This document shows positions 9,826 to 19,806 of a stretch of DNA of 64,000 nt, one piece after another (the stretch's first letter is position 1; each line of letters starts with the position of its first letter). The notes under the pieces were generated by a model. That model worked only from the letters and a program-made list of their open reading frames with translations. It had not been told where the DNA came from and ran no database searches. Source of the DNA: an uncultured delta proteobacterium (GTDB taxonomy: Bacteria > Myxococcota_A > Polyangia > Polyangiales > Polyangiaceae); the NCBI GenBank assembly GCA_963841435.1, contig CAWJCS010000005.1, positions 224,001 through 288,000 on the forward strand. Reading direction: 5' to 3'. Both the position numbers and the translations under genes were made by a program.

Positions 9826-11664
9826 TTGATCTTCGACAGACCCCGTGAGCTCTCACCGGCCGGGCGCGCCCGCCGCGTCGTCCGCGTCGTCCCCGTCGTC
9901 GCATCGCTCCTGTTCGTCCTGCCCGCGTGCGCGTCGAACCCCGATAGCCCCTTCAGCAACGCCGGCACCGGCGGAGCGCCCGCCTCGGGCGGCACCGGGG
10001 GCAGCGCCGGCACGTTGCCGGGCGGCGCGGGCGCGGGCGCAGGGGGGTCGAGCGGTGCCACGGCGGGCACCCCGGGAGTTGGCGGCTCGGCCGGAGTCGT
10101 CGAGACGGGCGGCACCGCCGGCGTGAGCGGCGGAACGGCGGGCGAAGGCGCCAGCGGCCTCACGGGGGGCAGTGCCGGCACGGCGGGCGAAATCGGAGCG
10201 GGCGGGCTGTCCGGCGCGGCGGGCGGCGCGGGTGATGCCGGAGCGGCGGGTCTCGGTGCAGGCGGCTCGGCGGGCGGCGGTGGCGTCAGTGCAGGCGGCT
10301 CGGCCGGCATGTCCGGCAGCGCCGGCACGGCGGGTGCGGCGGGCGGCGGCGCGCTCGGCCCCGATCTCACGGACGTGGGCCCCTTCACGCCCGCGACGTG
10401 CACCATCACCCCCACGGTGATGACGGCGAGCGCCATGCCGCTCGTCGGCGTCGCCACGTTCACCACGGACCTCGCGGGCGCCGAGCGCGCCATCGTCCAA
10501 TTCGGCAAAACGGCGACGTACACGCTCGAAGCGCCCGTCAACTGGGCCGAGGCTTCGCACCGCACGCTGATCCTCGGCATGCCCGCCAACACCGACGTGC
10601 ACTACCGCGTCGTCGTGTTCCAGGGGAGCACCGCCTGCATCGGCCCCGACGCCACGTACCACACGGGCGAAAACGTGAGCGGCGCCCCCGGAAACCAGAC
10701 ACCCACGAAGGGCACGAGCAGCGCGTCCCCCGCGCCCGGCTTCATCATCGCCGAGAACGGCAACTTCTCGTACATCATCGACAACCAGGGAGAGGTCGTG
10801 TGGGCGCACCGCTTCCCGATCAGCCTCACGCGCTCGCTCATGTCGTGGGACGGCATGTACATGTACGGTCGCGACGTGGGGCCGTTCAACGCATCGAGCG
10901 GCGGCAACGTCTACCGCGTCGCCATGGACGGCTCGGGCGAAACGAAGCTCAGCCTGAACGGCGGCACGCACCACGACCTCGTCGCCATCCCCACGGGCAT
11001 CGCCTACCCCGCGAAGCAAACGGCGGGCGCGTGTGACTGCATCTACACGGCGGGCCCCGACGGCTCGGGCTCGAAGTGCCTGGTAGACCTCGACATCGTG
11101 TTCGGCAAGTTCGCCATCGGCCCCGGCGGCCAGGCCATGGAAAAGTGCCACGTCAACGCGATCCGCTACTACAAGGACACGCAAAGCTACTCCGTCTCCG
11201 ACCGCGAAAAAGACGCCATCGCCTTCATCTCGAGCACGGGTGAGGTGCTCGGCTCCATCGGCGCCACACCGACCGGCACCACCCCGAACCACGCGAAGGC
11301 CGAAGGCGCCGACTCGACGACGAGCTCGACCTGGCGCGTCCAGCACGGCCACGACCAATACGAGCCCCACAAGATCGTGCTCTGGTCGAACGGCAACTTC
11401 AGCGGCGGCTCGTCGAAGGTGCTCCACTACACCATCAACGGCTCCACCGCGACGCTCGACTGGCAGTACACGGCCACCGGCAACTCACCCACCTTCAGCG
11501 ACGCCCAGCACCTACCGAACGGCAATTTTCTCGCAACGAACAGCGGAAGCGGCGCCGTCCACGAATTTGACGCCACCCAAAAGCTCGTCCAGTCCTTCAG
11601 CGCCCTGAGCCGCGGCTACTCCTGCCACCGCCCCACACTCTACGGCCCTCCGCCCGGTCGCTAA
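9826..11664 (+). CDS. Lipoprotein: Gly-rich linker, Ig/FN3-like domain, arylsulfotransferase-like beta-propeller
   Basis: LPAC lipobox and long Gly-rich tract. IDNQGEVVW, HHD, HVN, QH and AQHLPNGN resemble the ASST family. Start codon uncertain. Confidence 0.65.
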   Translation: MIFDRPRELSPAGRARRVVRVVPVVASLLFVLPACASNPDSPFSNAGTGGAPASGGTGGSAGTLPGGAGAGAGGSSGATAGTPGVGGSAGVVETGGTAGVSGGTAGEGASGLTGGSAGTAGEIGAGGLSGAAGGAGDAGAAGLGAGGSAGGGGVSAGGSAGMSGSAGTAGAAGGGALGPDLTDVGPFTPATCTITPTVMTASAMPLVGVATFTTDLAGAERAIVQFGKTATYTLEAPVNWAEASHRTLILGMPANTDVHYRVVVFQGSTACIGPDATYHTGENVSGAPGNQTPTKGTSSASPAPGFIIAENGNFSYIIDNQGEVVWAHRFPISLTRSLMSWDGMYMYGRDVGPFNASSGGNVYRVAMDGSGETKLSLNGGTHHDLVAIPTGIAYPAKQTAGACDCIYTAGPDGSGSKCLVDLDIVFGKFAIGPGGQAMEKCHVNAIRYYKDTQSYSVSDREKDAIAFISSTGEVLGSIGATPTGTTPNHAKAEGADSTTSSTWRVQHGHDQYEPHKIVLWSNGNFSGGSSKVLHYTINGSTATLDWQYTATGNSPTFSDAQHLPNGNFLATNSGSGAVHEFDATQKLVQSFSALSRGYSCHRPTLYGPPPGR

Positions 11665-11887
11665 GCGCGCCCCTTCGCCGCGTCGCAGTCTTCTTTGGAT
11701 TGAGGGGCGACCCCCGCGCGTCTCAGCAGCCGGCGCCGTCGCGCGCCGTTCCACCGCGCACTTGCGACGTCCCTGCACCCGTCGGTGGGCGATGGCGAAC
11801 TCGTGGACCGCGGCGACGGCTGGTTCACCTGACAAACGCGAGTGTTGCAGCCGACGTGGCCCACTTTCCCTCGGACCGTTCGGAGGT

Positions 11888-12541
11888 TCAGGGCTCGACG
11901 GGTGGCGTACGGTAGAACAGCAGCCCCAGCTGCGCCGCCGCAACCAAAAATACGCCAACGTAGCCGACGATCCCGATATTGCGCACCCGCATGTCGCCGA
12001 GCGCCACTCCCGCCAGTCCTGCCAGTGCGAGGGTGCCCGCAGTCAGAAGCGAGCGCCGAATCCATAGCGAGAGTCCGCTGCCCCGGAACGCCGGCGCCGC
12101 GAAAAACATGGCCAGCGGGAAGAACACGTCCCACCCCAGGATATCGACGGCATAGGCCAATGAAGGCCACTTGAAGCCGAACACCAACGCCTGCCAGGGT
12201 TGTGCAACGAAAGCGGGCTGGCGGCTCACGCTCAGGGTCACGAAATGCAGGCAAGAGGTGAGCCCTGCCAAAAGACTCATGAAGACCAGCGCCACGAGCG
12301 TCAGCGATTTTGCATCCACGGGTGCCCAGGCGTGGACTGCCACCATCAGCGATACCATCGCTGGCATCATCAACAGGATCAGCATCTCGAGTAGCGAAAA
12401 CATGGGGTCGCCGATCGGTTGCTGCGGCGACTCCAGAGACATGAAGCCGATCGTCAACGTGACCGCGTACGCGAGCCCCAGCGCGACGCAGGCTCCGGCA
12501 GAGGACATGCCAAGTCGGCGCGCTATCGGCGAAAAGGTCAT
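11888..12541 (-). CDS. Hypothetical multi-pass membrane protein
   Basis: 217-aa ORF with about six hydrophobic segments. Confidence 0.75.
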   Translation of the reverse strand: MTFSPIARRLGMSSAGACVALGLAYAVTLTIGFMSLESPQQPIGDPMFSLLEMLILLMMPAMVSLMVAVHAWAPVDAKSLTLVALVFMSLLAGLTSCLHFVTLSVSRQPAFVAQPWQALVFGFKWPSLAYAVDILGWDVFFPLAMFFAAPAFRGSGLSLWIRRSLLTAGTLALAGLAGVALGDMRVRNIGIVGYVGVFLVAAAQLGLLFYRTPPVEP

Positions 12542-12551
12542 CGACGTTGGA

Positions 12552-13517
12552 CTACGGTTGGGGCTGGGGCGAGGAGTGCACGACGGTCAGCAGCGGCAGC
12601 GTAGAAAACGGTAGGTTGAACACCTCGAACGCGCCGTGACCCAGGCTGCGACCCAAACGCGCGGCGGGCGACGGCCGGCCCGCGAGCGCTGCATCGAGCA
12701 CCGCTTGCAGGTCGAGCGTGACGCCAATCAGCACGCGCTGCTCGCGCCGCGCGACACTGTCGGACACCGGTGCGGGCTTGTAGTTGCGCGAGGCAAAGCC
12801 GAGAACTGGATTGACGAACTGGAGCCAATCTAGCGGCATTGGTGCCCTTCGAAGGGCTGCGATAGAGCGTGGCTTGTAGGCCAGCAGATAGGTCTGGCCC
12901 GAGTAGTCTTCGGCAAAGTCCGCGCTCGGCGTGCTTCTAAAGGCTCGGCTCGGGAACCACTCGACCCGAAGATCGATCGCGTCATCCAGCGCTTGCCAGT
13001 TGCTCATCGCCACGGCGGTGAGGGCACCGAAAGCATTCGCGGTCATGTCGCCTGGCGAAAACTCGGTGTAGTAGCCGTCGTTGACTTCGACCATCAGGAA
13101 CGCTCCGAGGCAAATGCCCGAAGCGATCAAGCTCGACGACCCGCGACTCCAACCGCCCAGCCGCAAGATCTCCGTGCCCAAGCGTGACAGCGCCAGGTTG
13201 GTCCACACGTGACCTAGCTTGTCGGCACCGCCCGCGTAGGTCTGAGCACCGAACCAGCCATCACCGCCGAAGCGCCACTCGGGGAGCTTCGGCTGGTCCT
13301 TGTACCAGGCGAACCACATCCAGGTGCCGAGCGTCACGTAGCCGCCCGCCAGTCCCAGCACCGAGACCAGCCGAAGGTCCGCGTTCGGGCGGCTAGCGGC
13401 GAGCATGGACGGGCCGATCGCCGCCGCGAGGGGTTGCCCGGTCGGAGCCGGCGGGGTGGTGGGTCCGCCGAGCGCCGCGCCGAGCGCCAGCACGGTGGCG
13501 CTCTGGAGCATGATCAT
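12552..13517 (-). CDS. DUF2279 / YfiM-like exported protein
   Basis: Signal peptide; GGADKLGH, EVNDG, FSPGDMTANAFG, EDYSGQTY. Confidence 0.75.
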   Translation of the reverse strand: MIMLQSATVLALGAALGGPTTPPAPTGQPLAAAIGPSMLAASRPNADLRLVSVLGLAGGYVTLGTWMWFAWYKDQPKLPEWRFGGDGWFGAQTYAGGADKLGHVWTNLALSRLGTEILRLGGWSRGSSSLIASGICLGAFLMVEVNDGYYTEFSPGDMTANAFGALTAVAMSNWQALDDAIDLRVEWFPSRAFRSTPSADFAEDYSGQTYLLAYKPRSIAALRRAPMPLDWLQFVNPVLGFASRNYKPAPVSDSVARREQRVLIGVTLDLQAVLDAALAGRPSPAARLGRSLGHGAFEVFNLPFSTLPLLTVVHSSPQPQP

Positions 13518-13590
13518 CCCTAACGCAGCGAACGGGGCCGTTCAACGGCGCGGATGCGGGCGCTGCCGAACGGCGGTACCTTGGGCACAC

Positions 13591-13935
13591 GTGACCCACA
13601 CGCTCGAAGACGAAATTCGCGAGGTCGAGCAACAGCTGCTGACGCCTTCCGTTCGAGCGTCCGCCGATACCCTCGATCGTCTGATCTCGGATCAATTCGT
13701 GGAATTCGGTAACTCGGGGCGCGTTTACACCAAGCCCGATGTCATCGCCCTCTTGTTGGCGGAGCCGACGGTCACGACGGTTGTCACTGATTTCCGCGTT
13801 CTCGCCGTCACCGCAGAGGTCGCCCTTGCGACGTATCGGACCCCGAGATCCCGCCGGAGCTCTCTCTGGCGACGCGAAGGGAAAGCCTGGCGAATCGTCT
13901 TTCACCAGGGCACACCGACAACCACCGAAATCTGA
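13591..13935 (+). CDS. DUF4440 (NTF2-like) protein
   Basis: EQQLLTPSVR, DQFVEFGNSG, RSSLWR, WRIVFHQGT. GTG start. Confidence 0.85.
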   Translation: MTHTLEDEIREVEQQLLTPSVRASADTLDRLISDQFVEFGNSGRVYTKPDVIALLLAEPTVTTVVTDFRVLAVTAEVALATYRTPRSRRSSLWRREGKAWRIVFHQGTPTTTEI

Positions 13936-13959
13936 AACCGTCGGGTGAAGTGATACCGC

Positions 13960-14433
13960 ATGCTTGACCGCGAACCTCACCGCGCTGGTTCCGGCGAGTC
14001 GCCAACCCGGCAGGGCGCCCGCGAGCGGCTCGGCAGAGCGCTCCACTGGCTCGGGTTGGCAATGGTCTCCGCTCCGTTCGTCCTGACGCTCGTTTGGATT
14101 GTCGCCGAGCGTGTCCTCGGGTGGATACCGGGGGAGCTGCCGATCGCGGCGTTTGGCGTGGTACCGGTCCTGTTCGGCGCAATCGGCGCTCTGCCGTTTT
14201 TTCTCCTCGTCCCGTGGTTGAACGCCCGGATCCCGTGGTTCGATCGAAGTCTGTCGGGCGCGCTTGCCCTCTCGGTCCTACTCTCCATTCCGGCGGCACT
14301 GACCCCTCTGGTCGTCTGGAGAGGCTTTGCCCCGTTGGCGCCCGTGTGGATCGTCGCCCTCGGCTCGATCGCCGTGCCTCGCCTCGTTGCGAAGTCGCTG
14401 CGCCGCGGTGCATTCTCCGCAAGCCCGCAGTGA
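13960..14433 (+). CDS. Hypothetical membrane protein
   Basis: 157-aa ORF with four hydrophobic segments; TGATG overlap with the next ORF. Confidence 0.6.
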   Translation: MLDREPHRAGSGESPTRQGARERLGRALHWLGLAMVSAPFVLTLVWIVAERVLGWIPGELPIAAFGVVPVLFGAIGALPFFLLVPWLNARIPWFDRSLSGALALSVLLSIPAALTPLVVWRGFAPLAPVWIVALGSIAVPRLVAKSLRRGAFSASPQ

Positions 14434-15042
14434 TGGACGGCACCGCCTGGTCTCCGCTCGAGCGGCTCGGGGCCGCGGGCGGCACGCTCTACATCGGGGT
14501 CTGCCTCGGCGCAGCGATCTATGCTTTCCCACTCTCCGGAGGCTCCGCTCCGACTCTCGTCGGTAGGCAAGGCGGCTGGCTGCAGGGGCTCGAGGCGGAC
14601 GCCGACGCCGTCTACTGGGCGCACGATCCCACGCCGGGTTTGCTTCGGGGAGGCATCGAGCGTCGCGACGTGAGCGCTGGCCCGGAGGAGCTCATCGTCG
14701 CCGAGGGAACCATTTCTGGCCTCGCGCTCGATCGGGGAGAATTGTTCTGGACACGACGTGCGAGCGACGAGAGCGGAGCAATCCTCACCGCGACGACAAC
14801 AGGACAGAGCTTGCGCTTCCTCGCGAAGGTACCTGCCGTGGCCTTCGCCGTGGACGAGAGGCGAGAACGCCGTTTACTATCCGCGCGGGCGCGAGATCAT
14901 CGCCCGCCGCAACGAACGAGCGACGGTGCTCGGGCGCATCGAAGGCACGGTGGGCGGCATGGTCGAAGCCGACGGCTGGCTATACGTCGCCGACTTCAAC
15001 GAACGCACGATCTATCGCACACCCATCCCAGCGGTGCCGTGA
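14433..15042 (+). CDS. Hypothetical short beta-propeller-like protein (frameshift at about 14858, possibly a remnant)
   Basis: Repeating blade-like segments (LEADADAVYW, LALDRGELFW, MVEADGWLYV) split over ORFs 14094-15068 and 14758-15042. Confidence 0.45.
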
Positions 15043-15320
15043 GCACGGCAACCGGTGCGGCGTCGTGAGCAACGACTCAGCCCCAGGACGACGCATGCGG
15101 GTCGCGGTCGCCGGCGTACGGGCTTCGGCGCTCGGAGTGACCAAATCTGGCGCTCAAAATTGCATCTTCGAGGCAACGGCGTCCGACAAACTGGGAAAAT
15201 GGGGGCCCGGCGCCAAAGCGGTGCGTGGGAGATCAACCGGGGCTCGCGCCGGAATATTATGCTGGGTCACCCGACGTACGATCCCGACCACTACGAACCC
15301 CGGAATCACAGAGAGCATCG

Positions 15321-16954
15321 ATGCGAGCATTCCTCAAAACCTTCGTCCCCATGAGCATCCTCTTCGCTGCGGTGGGTTGCGGCACTCAAAATGATCAGAG
15401 CCCCGGTTCGGGCGGGTCCGGCGCTGTCGGCAACATGGGTTCCGGCGGCACGACGAGCGGCGGCACGACGAGCGGCGGCACGTCAGCGGGCGGAGGCCAG
15501 ACGAGCGGTGGCGCGGGCGGCACGCTGATGACGGGAGGCTCGGCGGGCGTCGGCGGCTCGTCGGGAACAGGAGGCGCGATGACGGGTGGCACTTCGGGTG
15601 GCGGCAGCTCAGCGGGCGGCAGCGGCGCGGCAGGGCTCGGTGGCGGCGGCGCGTCGGGCGGCACGGACTCCGGGGGCGCCGGCCAGGGCGGCGCAGCGGG
15701 AAGCATGGCGGGTGCCGGCGGCGCCAGCGGCGGCGCAGCAGGCGCCACCGGCGGCGATGCGGGCATCGCCGGCATCGGCGGCGGCGCAGCGGGGACGCGG
15801 GGACCGCGGGGACCGGCGGCTCGGGCGCCACGAAGTGGGTCGCCACGTGGGGCGCCTCCCCCTACTACGACTCGGGCAACCAACCGCCCGCCTCGCTCTC
15901 GAACGCCGTGCTGCGTCAGGTCGTCCACGTATCGCTCGGCGGCAGCCAGCTCCGCGTGCAGTTCTCGAATCTACAGGGCAACGGCTCCGTCACCATCAAC
16001 TCCGCGCACATCGCGCTCTGCACGGCCACACCCGCCGTCGACAGCACCATCGACATGGCGACGGACAAGGCACTCGCGTTCAGCGGCATGCCCAACGTCA
16101 CCATCGCGCAGGGCATGGAAGTGTGGTCCGACGCCATCGACTTCACCGTCGCCCCGCTCGGCAACATCACGATCACCACGGCCTTCGGCAACGTCCCGAG
16201 CCAGGTCGTCGGCCACTCGGGGTCACGCACCACGTCGTACCTCCAAACCGGCAGCAGCAACGTCAGCGCGGCCAATATGTCGTCCGCGACGAAGTTCCAG
16301 CACTGGTACTACATCGCCGGCATGGAGGTCATGGCGCCCGAGTCGGCCGTCGTCGCCGTCGCCATCGGCGACTCCATCACGGACGGCCGCGGCACGGACG
16401 ACGACCACAACAACCGCTGGACGGACATCCTCGCCGCGCGCCTGCAGGCGAACGCCGCCACGAAAAACGTCGGCATGATCAATCAAGGCATCGGCGCCAC
16501 CAACCTGGTCGGCAACAGCGGCACCGCCGCCCAGGCCCGCTTCAACCGCGACGTGCTCGGCATGGCGGGCGTCAAATACGCCATCGTCCTCGACGGCGTG
16601 AACGACATCGCCGGCAACGCCTCCTACAACTCCCTGAAGGCCGCCTACGACGACCTGATCGCCAAAGCCCACGCCAAGAACGTCCTCATCTACGGCGGCA
16701 CCATCACCCCCTTCGGCGCCAACAGCTACTACAGCACCTCCCACGAAAGCGTCCGCCAGCAGGTCAACACGTACGTGAAGAGCGGCGCCTTCGACGGCTT
16801 CATCGACTTCGACGCCGCGGTCACCGACGGCGGCAACCCCCCGAAGCTGAAGGCCGAGTACGCGACGTGGGCGCAAGAAGACGGATTGCACCCGGGTCCG
16901 GCGGGGTACCAGGCGATGGGGGACGCTGCGGACCTCATGTTGTTCACGAAGTAG
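15321..16954 (+). CDS. SGNH/GDSL hydrolase lipoprotein with Gly-rich linker (frameshift at about 15800)
   Basis: AVGC lipobox and Gly linker, then in another frame KWVATW, GDSITDG, NQGIG, GVND, DGLHP. Confidence 0.85.
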
Positions 16955-17163
16955 GTGCCTCCACTCGCTGGTGCTCGGCGGCAGTGCGTGCGGTGAGTGA
17001 ACGGCACTGAGCGGCGGGGCCGCCTGCGCGCCTGCGGTCTCCTCCAAGCGTCCGTCCTCGCGGAGCTGCGGGCGGCCGCGGAGGAGACGACGCGGGGTGC
17101 GGCGGGGTGACGCGACGTGTTCGGTGACGGGCGGCGGCGCGGGGTTGCAGGGGTGAGCAGCAT

Positions 17164-17182
17164 GTGATTACATTGTGATCAC
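17164..17182. promoter_or_regulatory. Inverted repeat, probable TA autoregulatory operator
   Basis: GTGATTACA-T-TGTGATCAC (one mismatch) ends 1 nt before the antitoxin ATG. Confidence 0.65.
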
Positions 17183-17183
17183 C

Positions 17184-17429
17184 ATGAAGGCTCGGCTCGT
17201 TCGCATCGGCAATTCTCGCGGGGTTAGACTCCCAAAGGCCGTCATCGACCAGGCGGAGCTGGATGACGTTGTCGAGCTCGAGGTAGAGAACCAACGCGTC
17301 ATCATCTCCGCAAGCCACCCGCGGCGGCACGGTTGGACCGAGGCGGCTCGGGACCTCGCTGCTACCTCGCGTGGTCTTTTGGACCCGCTGACGCCGACGC
17401 GTTTTGATGAGTCAGAATGGCGTTGGTGA
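17184..17429 (+). CDS. mazE: AbrB/MazE family antitoxin
   Basis: RIGNSRGVRLPK AbrB motif and EWRW C-terminus; overlaps the toxin gene. Confidence 0.9.
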   Translation: MKARLVRIGNSRGVRLPKAVIDQAELDDVVELEVENQRVIISASHPRRHGWTEAARDLAATSRGLLDPLTPTRFDESEWRW

Positions 17430-17758
17430 AGGCACGGTTTCCGAGGCGGGGCGACGTTCATCTGGTCGGCCTCGACCCGACGCGGGGTCGTGAGATCAAG
17501 AAGACGCGCCCGTGCGTCGTGGTCTCGCCCGACGAACTGAATGCACATCTCCAGACCGTCCTCGTTGCACCATTGACATCCGCGGGAGGGCCCTACCCGT
17601 TCCGCATTTCCTGTCGGTTCCAAGGCAAGTCCGGCTTCATCGTACTCGACCAGATTCGCACCGTCGATCGCGAGCGCCTCGCGCGTCGGCTGGGCTCCCT
17701 ATCGGAGCGCGAGTTCAACGGGGTCTTGGGCGTGCTTCGGGAGATGTTCGAGGCCTGA
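17417..17758 (+). CDS. mazF: PemK/MazF family endoribonuclease toxin
   Basis: RGDVHLVGLDPTRGREIKKTRPCVVVSP, APLTS, LDQIRTVDRERL. Confidence 0.93.
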   Translation: MALVKARFPRRGDVHLVGLDPTRGREIKKTRPCVVVSPDELNAHLQTVLVAPLTSAGGPYPFRISCRFQGKSGFIVLDQIRTVDRERLARRLGSLSEREFNGVLGVLREMFEA

Positions 17759-18100
17759 GCTTCCCGCAGCGCACGCTGGCCAACAAGGCGTTGCAACTGA
17801 CGAGCTTGGTCGGTCGAGCTCCGGCGACCGTTTCGGCGTGTACATCCATCCCTACAAATCGCGCGAGCTTGCACACAGGTGCCGACTTGTCATCGCGCTT
17901 ACGAATTCAGCCTGCAACGTGACGCGAGAACCAAAGCGGTACCCTGGCGCGAACCTCGCGTGGCAGCGGTTCGTGGAGTCCAACTCTGACTCGCGGGCCC
18001 GTTATCGGGGCAGTCCCTTTCTCGGCCCCTGAAACGCCTCGCCTTCTTGTCGGGCTCAGGGCATTGCGCGCTGGGCGCGCTTTTCGTAAAACCTCACGCC

Positions 18101-18655
18101 ATGGGCCTCCTCACCTTCGGTCTCAACGTGACCTTGGACGGGTGCATCGATCACACCCAGGCGATCGCGGACGACGAGCTGCACGACTATTGGACCAAGC
18201 TCATGGATCAGAGCGGGGCGATGCTCTTCGGGCGCAACACCTACGAGCTGATGGAGGGAGCCTGGCCCGCGGTGGCACGCGACGAAAAGGCGCCGCGCGC
18301 GATGCGCGAGTGGGCACAGAAGCTCGAGGCGAAGGCGAAGTACGTCGTGTCGGGCTCGCGGAGCGACTTTCCGTGGCAGAACACGATCAAGGTGGAGGGT
18401 GACCTTCGCGAGGCGGTCTCGGCGCTGAAAGCGAAGACCGAGCGGGGTGTCCTCGTCGGAGCGCCCAAGCTCTCGGCTGCGCTCGAGGAGTTGGGGCTCA
18501 TCGACGAGTACCGTATCGTCGTTCATCCCGTCATCAGTGGCCGCGGGCCGACGTTGTTTCATGGCCTGTCGAGTGCGCGGCATCTCGAGCTCCTATCGAC
18601 GCAGCGGTTCAAGTCCGGCGTGCAGGCGCTCCACTTCCGTCGCAAAGCGGGATGA
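18101..18655 (+). CDS. Dihydrofolate reductase-like (RibD C-terminal) protein
   Basis: VTLDG, LFGRNTYE, LIDEYRIVVHPVISGRGPTLF. Confidence 0.88.
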   Translation: MGLLTFGLNVTLDGCIDHTQAIADDELHDYWTKLMDQSGAMLFGRNTYELMEGAWPAVARDEKAPRAMREWAQKLEAKAKYVVSGSRSDFPWQNTIKVEGDLREAVSALKAKTERGVLVGAPKLSAALEELGLIDEYRIVVHPVISGRGPTLFHGLSSARHLELLSTQRFKSGVQALHFRRKAG

Positions 18656-18727
18656 GCTCGGGACCCGAGCGCTTAGTGGGTTGCAACGAGCACGGGGCCG
18701 GGCCGCGTGGCCGTCTGCCCGGTCACC

Positions 18728-19465
18728 CTACGGCACGGGGCCGCACACTGCGCAGGCCCAATTCTCGTGCGCGAGATCGAAACTACACGTCGCGCCGCCC
18801 GTGCAGTCCGAATCGTCGAGGCAGGTGTCGTTCGGCGTGTGACAATAGTAGGCGTGTCCGCAGCTGTCGCCGCACGCGCAGCTATCCGGCGGATCACAAG
18901 GCGAACCGACCGTTTCACAGTAGTCCACGCTCCTGCAGGCGCAGACCTCGCCGAGGTGGCTCGGCGAACAGTAGCCGCCTACGCCGCAGTCGGAGTCGAT
19001 GCGACAATTGCCGCTGGCGACGCAGCGATTGGCCCTGACGTCGGTCGGCGAGGCCCGGCACTCACAGGGTTCATCGTCGGGACAGTCGGCATCCGTCGCG
19101 CATTCGTCGTACGAGCAGGCGACGAGACATCCGACGCGAAAGCGCAGGCAGCGACCCTGCGTCCCGTCGGTGCAATCACCATCCTGCTCACACTCGCGTG
19201 TCGGACTCCCGGTGCACTCCTCGGGCGCGGGCTCGGAGCTGCCTCGCTCTTGGGGACAAGCATCGGGCGAAGCCGCGCGGTGATGCGCGGGGGCACGCCC
19301 GCTGCCGGCATTGCCGCCTCCTCCGGCTCCGGTACCCGCGCTCCCAACCGATCCTCCCGCGCCGGAACCGTCGCCCCGGATGGATCGCGACTCACCGCCG
19401 CAGGCGATCACGACGAGGAAGCCTGCACCCACGAAGACGAACCGCACCGTCTTCCAGGATACCAC
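18728..19465 (-). CDS. Cys-rich lipoprotein
   Basis: VIAC lipobox, short Gly linker, repeated CxxDxDC modules. Start uncertain. Confidence 0.7.
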   Translation of the reverse strand: MVSWKTVRFVFVGAGFLVVIACGGESRSIRGDGSGAGGSVGSAGTGAGGGGNAGSGRAPAHHRAASPDACPQERGSSEPAPEECTGSPTRECEQDGDCTDGTQGRCLRFRVGCLVACSYDECATDADCPDDEPCECRASPTDVRANRCVASGNCRIDSDCGVGGYCSPSHLGEVCACRSVDYCETVGSPCDPPDSCACGDSCGHAYYCHTPNDTCLDDSDCTGGATCSFDLAHENWACAVCGPVP

Positions 19466-19806
19466 TCCCGAAGCGGGCGGTCCGCCCCGCTCGAAGCACC
19501 GCCTCCGCCCGAAGAAGTGTGGGCGTTCCTGTCCCAGTTCTAGCGTCCCGAGTGCGGCATCCGCGCCGTTCCCGTCGTGTGCCGCTGCGCCTGACTGATG
19601 CTCGGGCCACGCAGCCGTAGGCAAGCCGACGATTGCCACGTCACCGAACAGAAGACGCTCGCGTTCGTGCTCGACCCTGCCACGGCGGATTGAGCGAGGT
19701 TTCCCGCACGTTCGGCGGGCTCGCGCTCCGGGCCGTTCGGGGGACTCACGCTCCGCGGCGACCTGTCGCCGTGCCGACACGAAGCCGCGCTATCCTCGGC
19801 GTTCTC

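Noticed and set aside
11830-11890. Possible extra attC half-site (GACAAAC...GTTGCAGCCGAC)
   Set aside because: No complementary arm, and the orientation does not match the adjacent gene.
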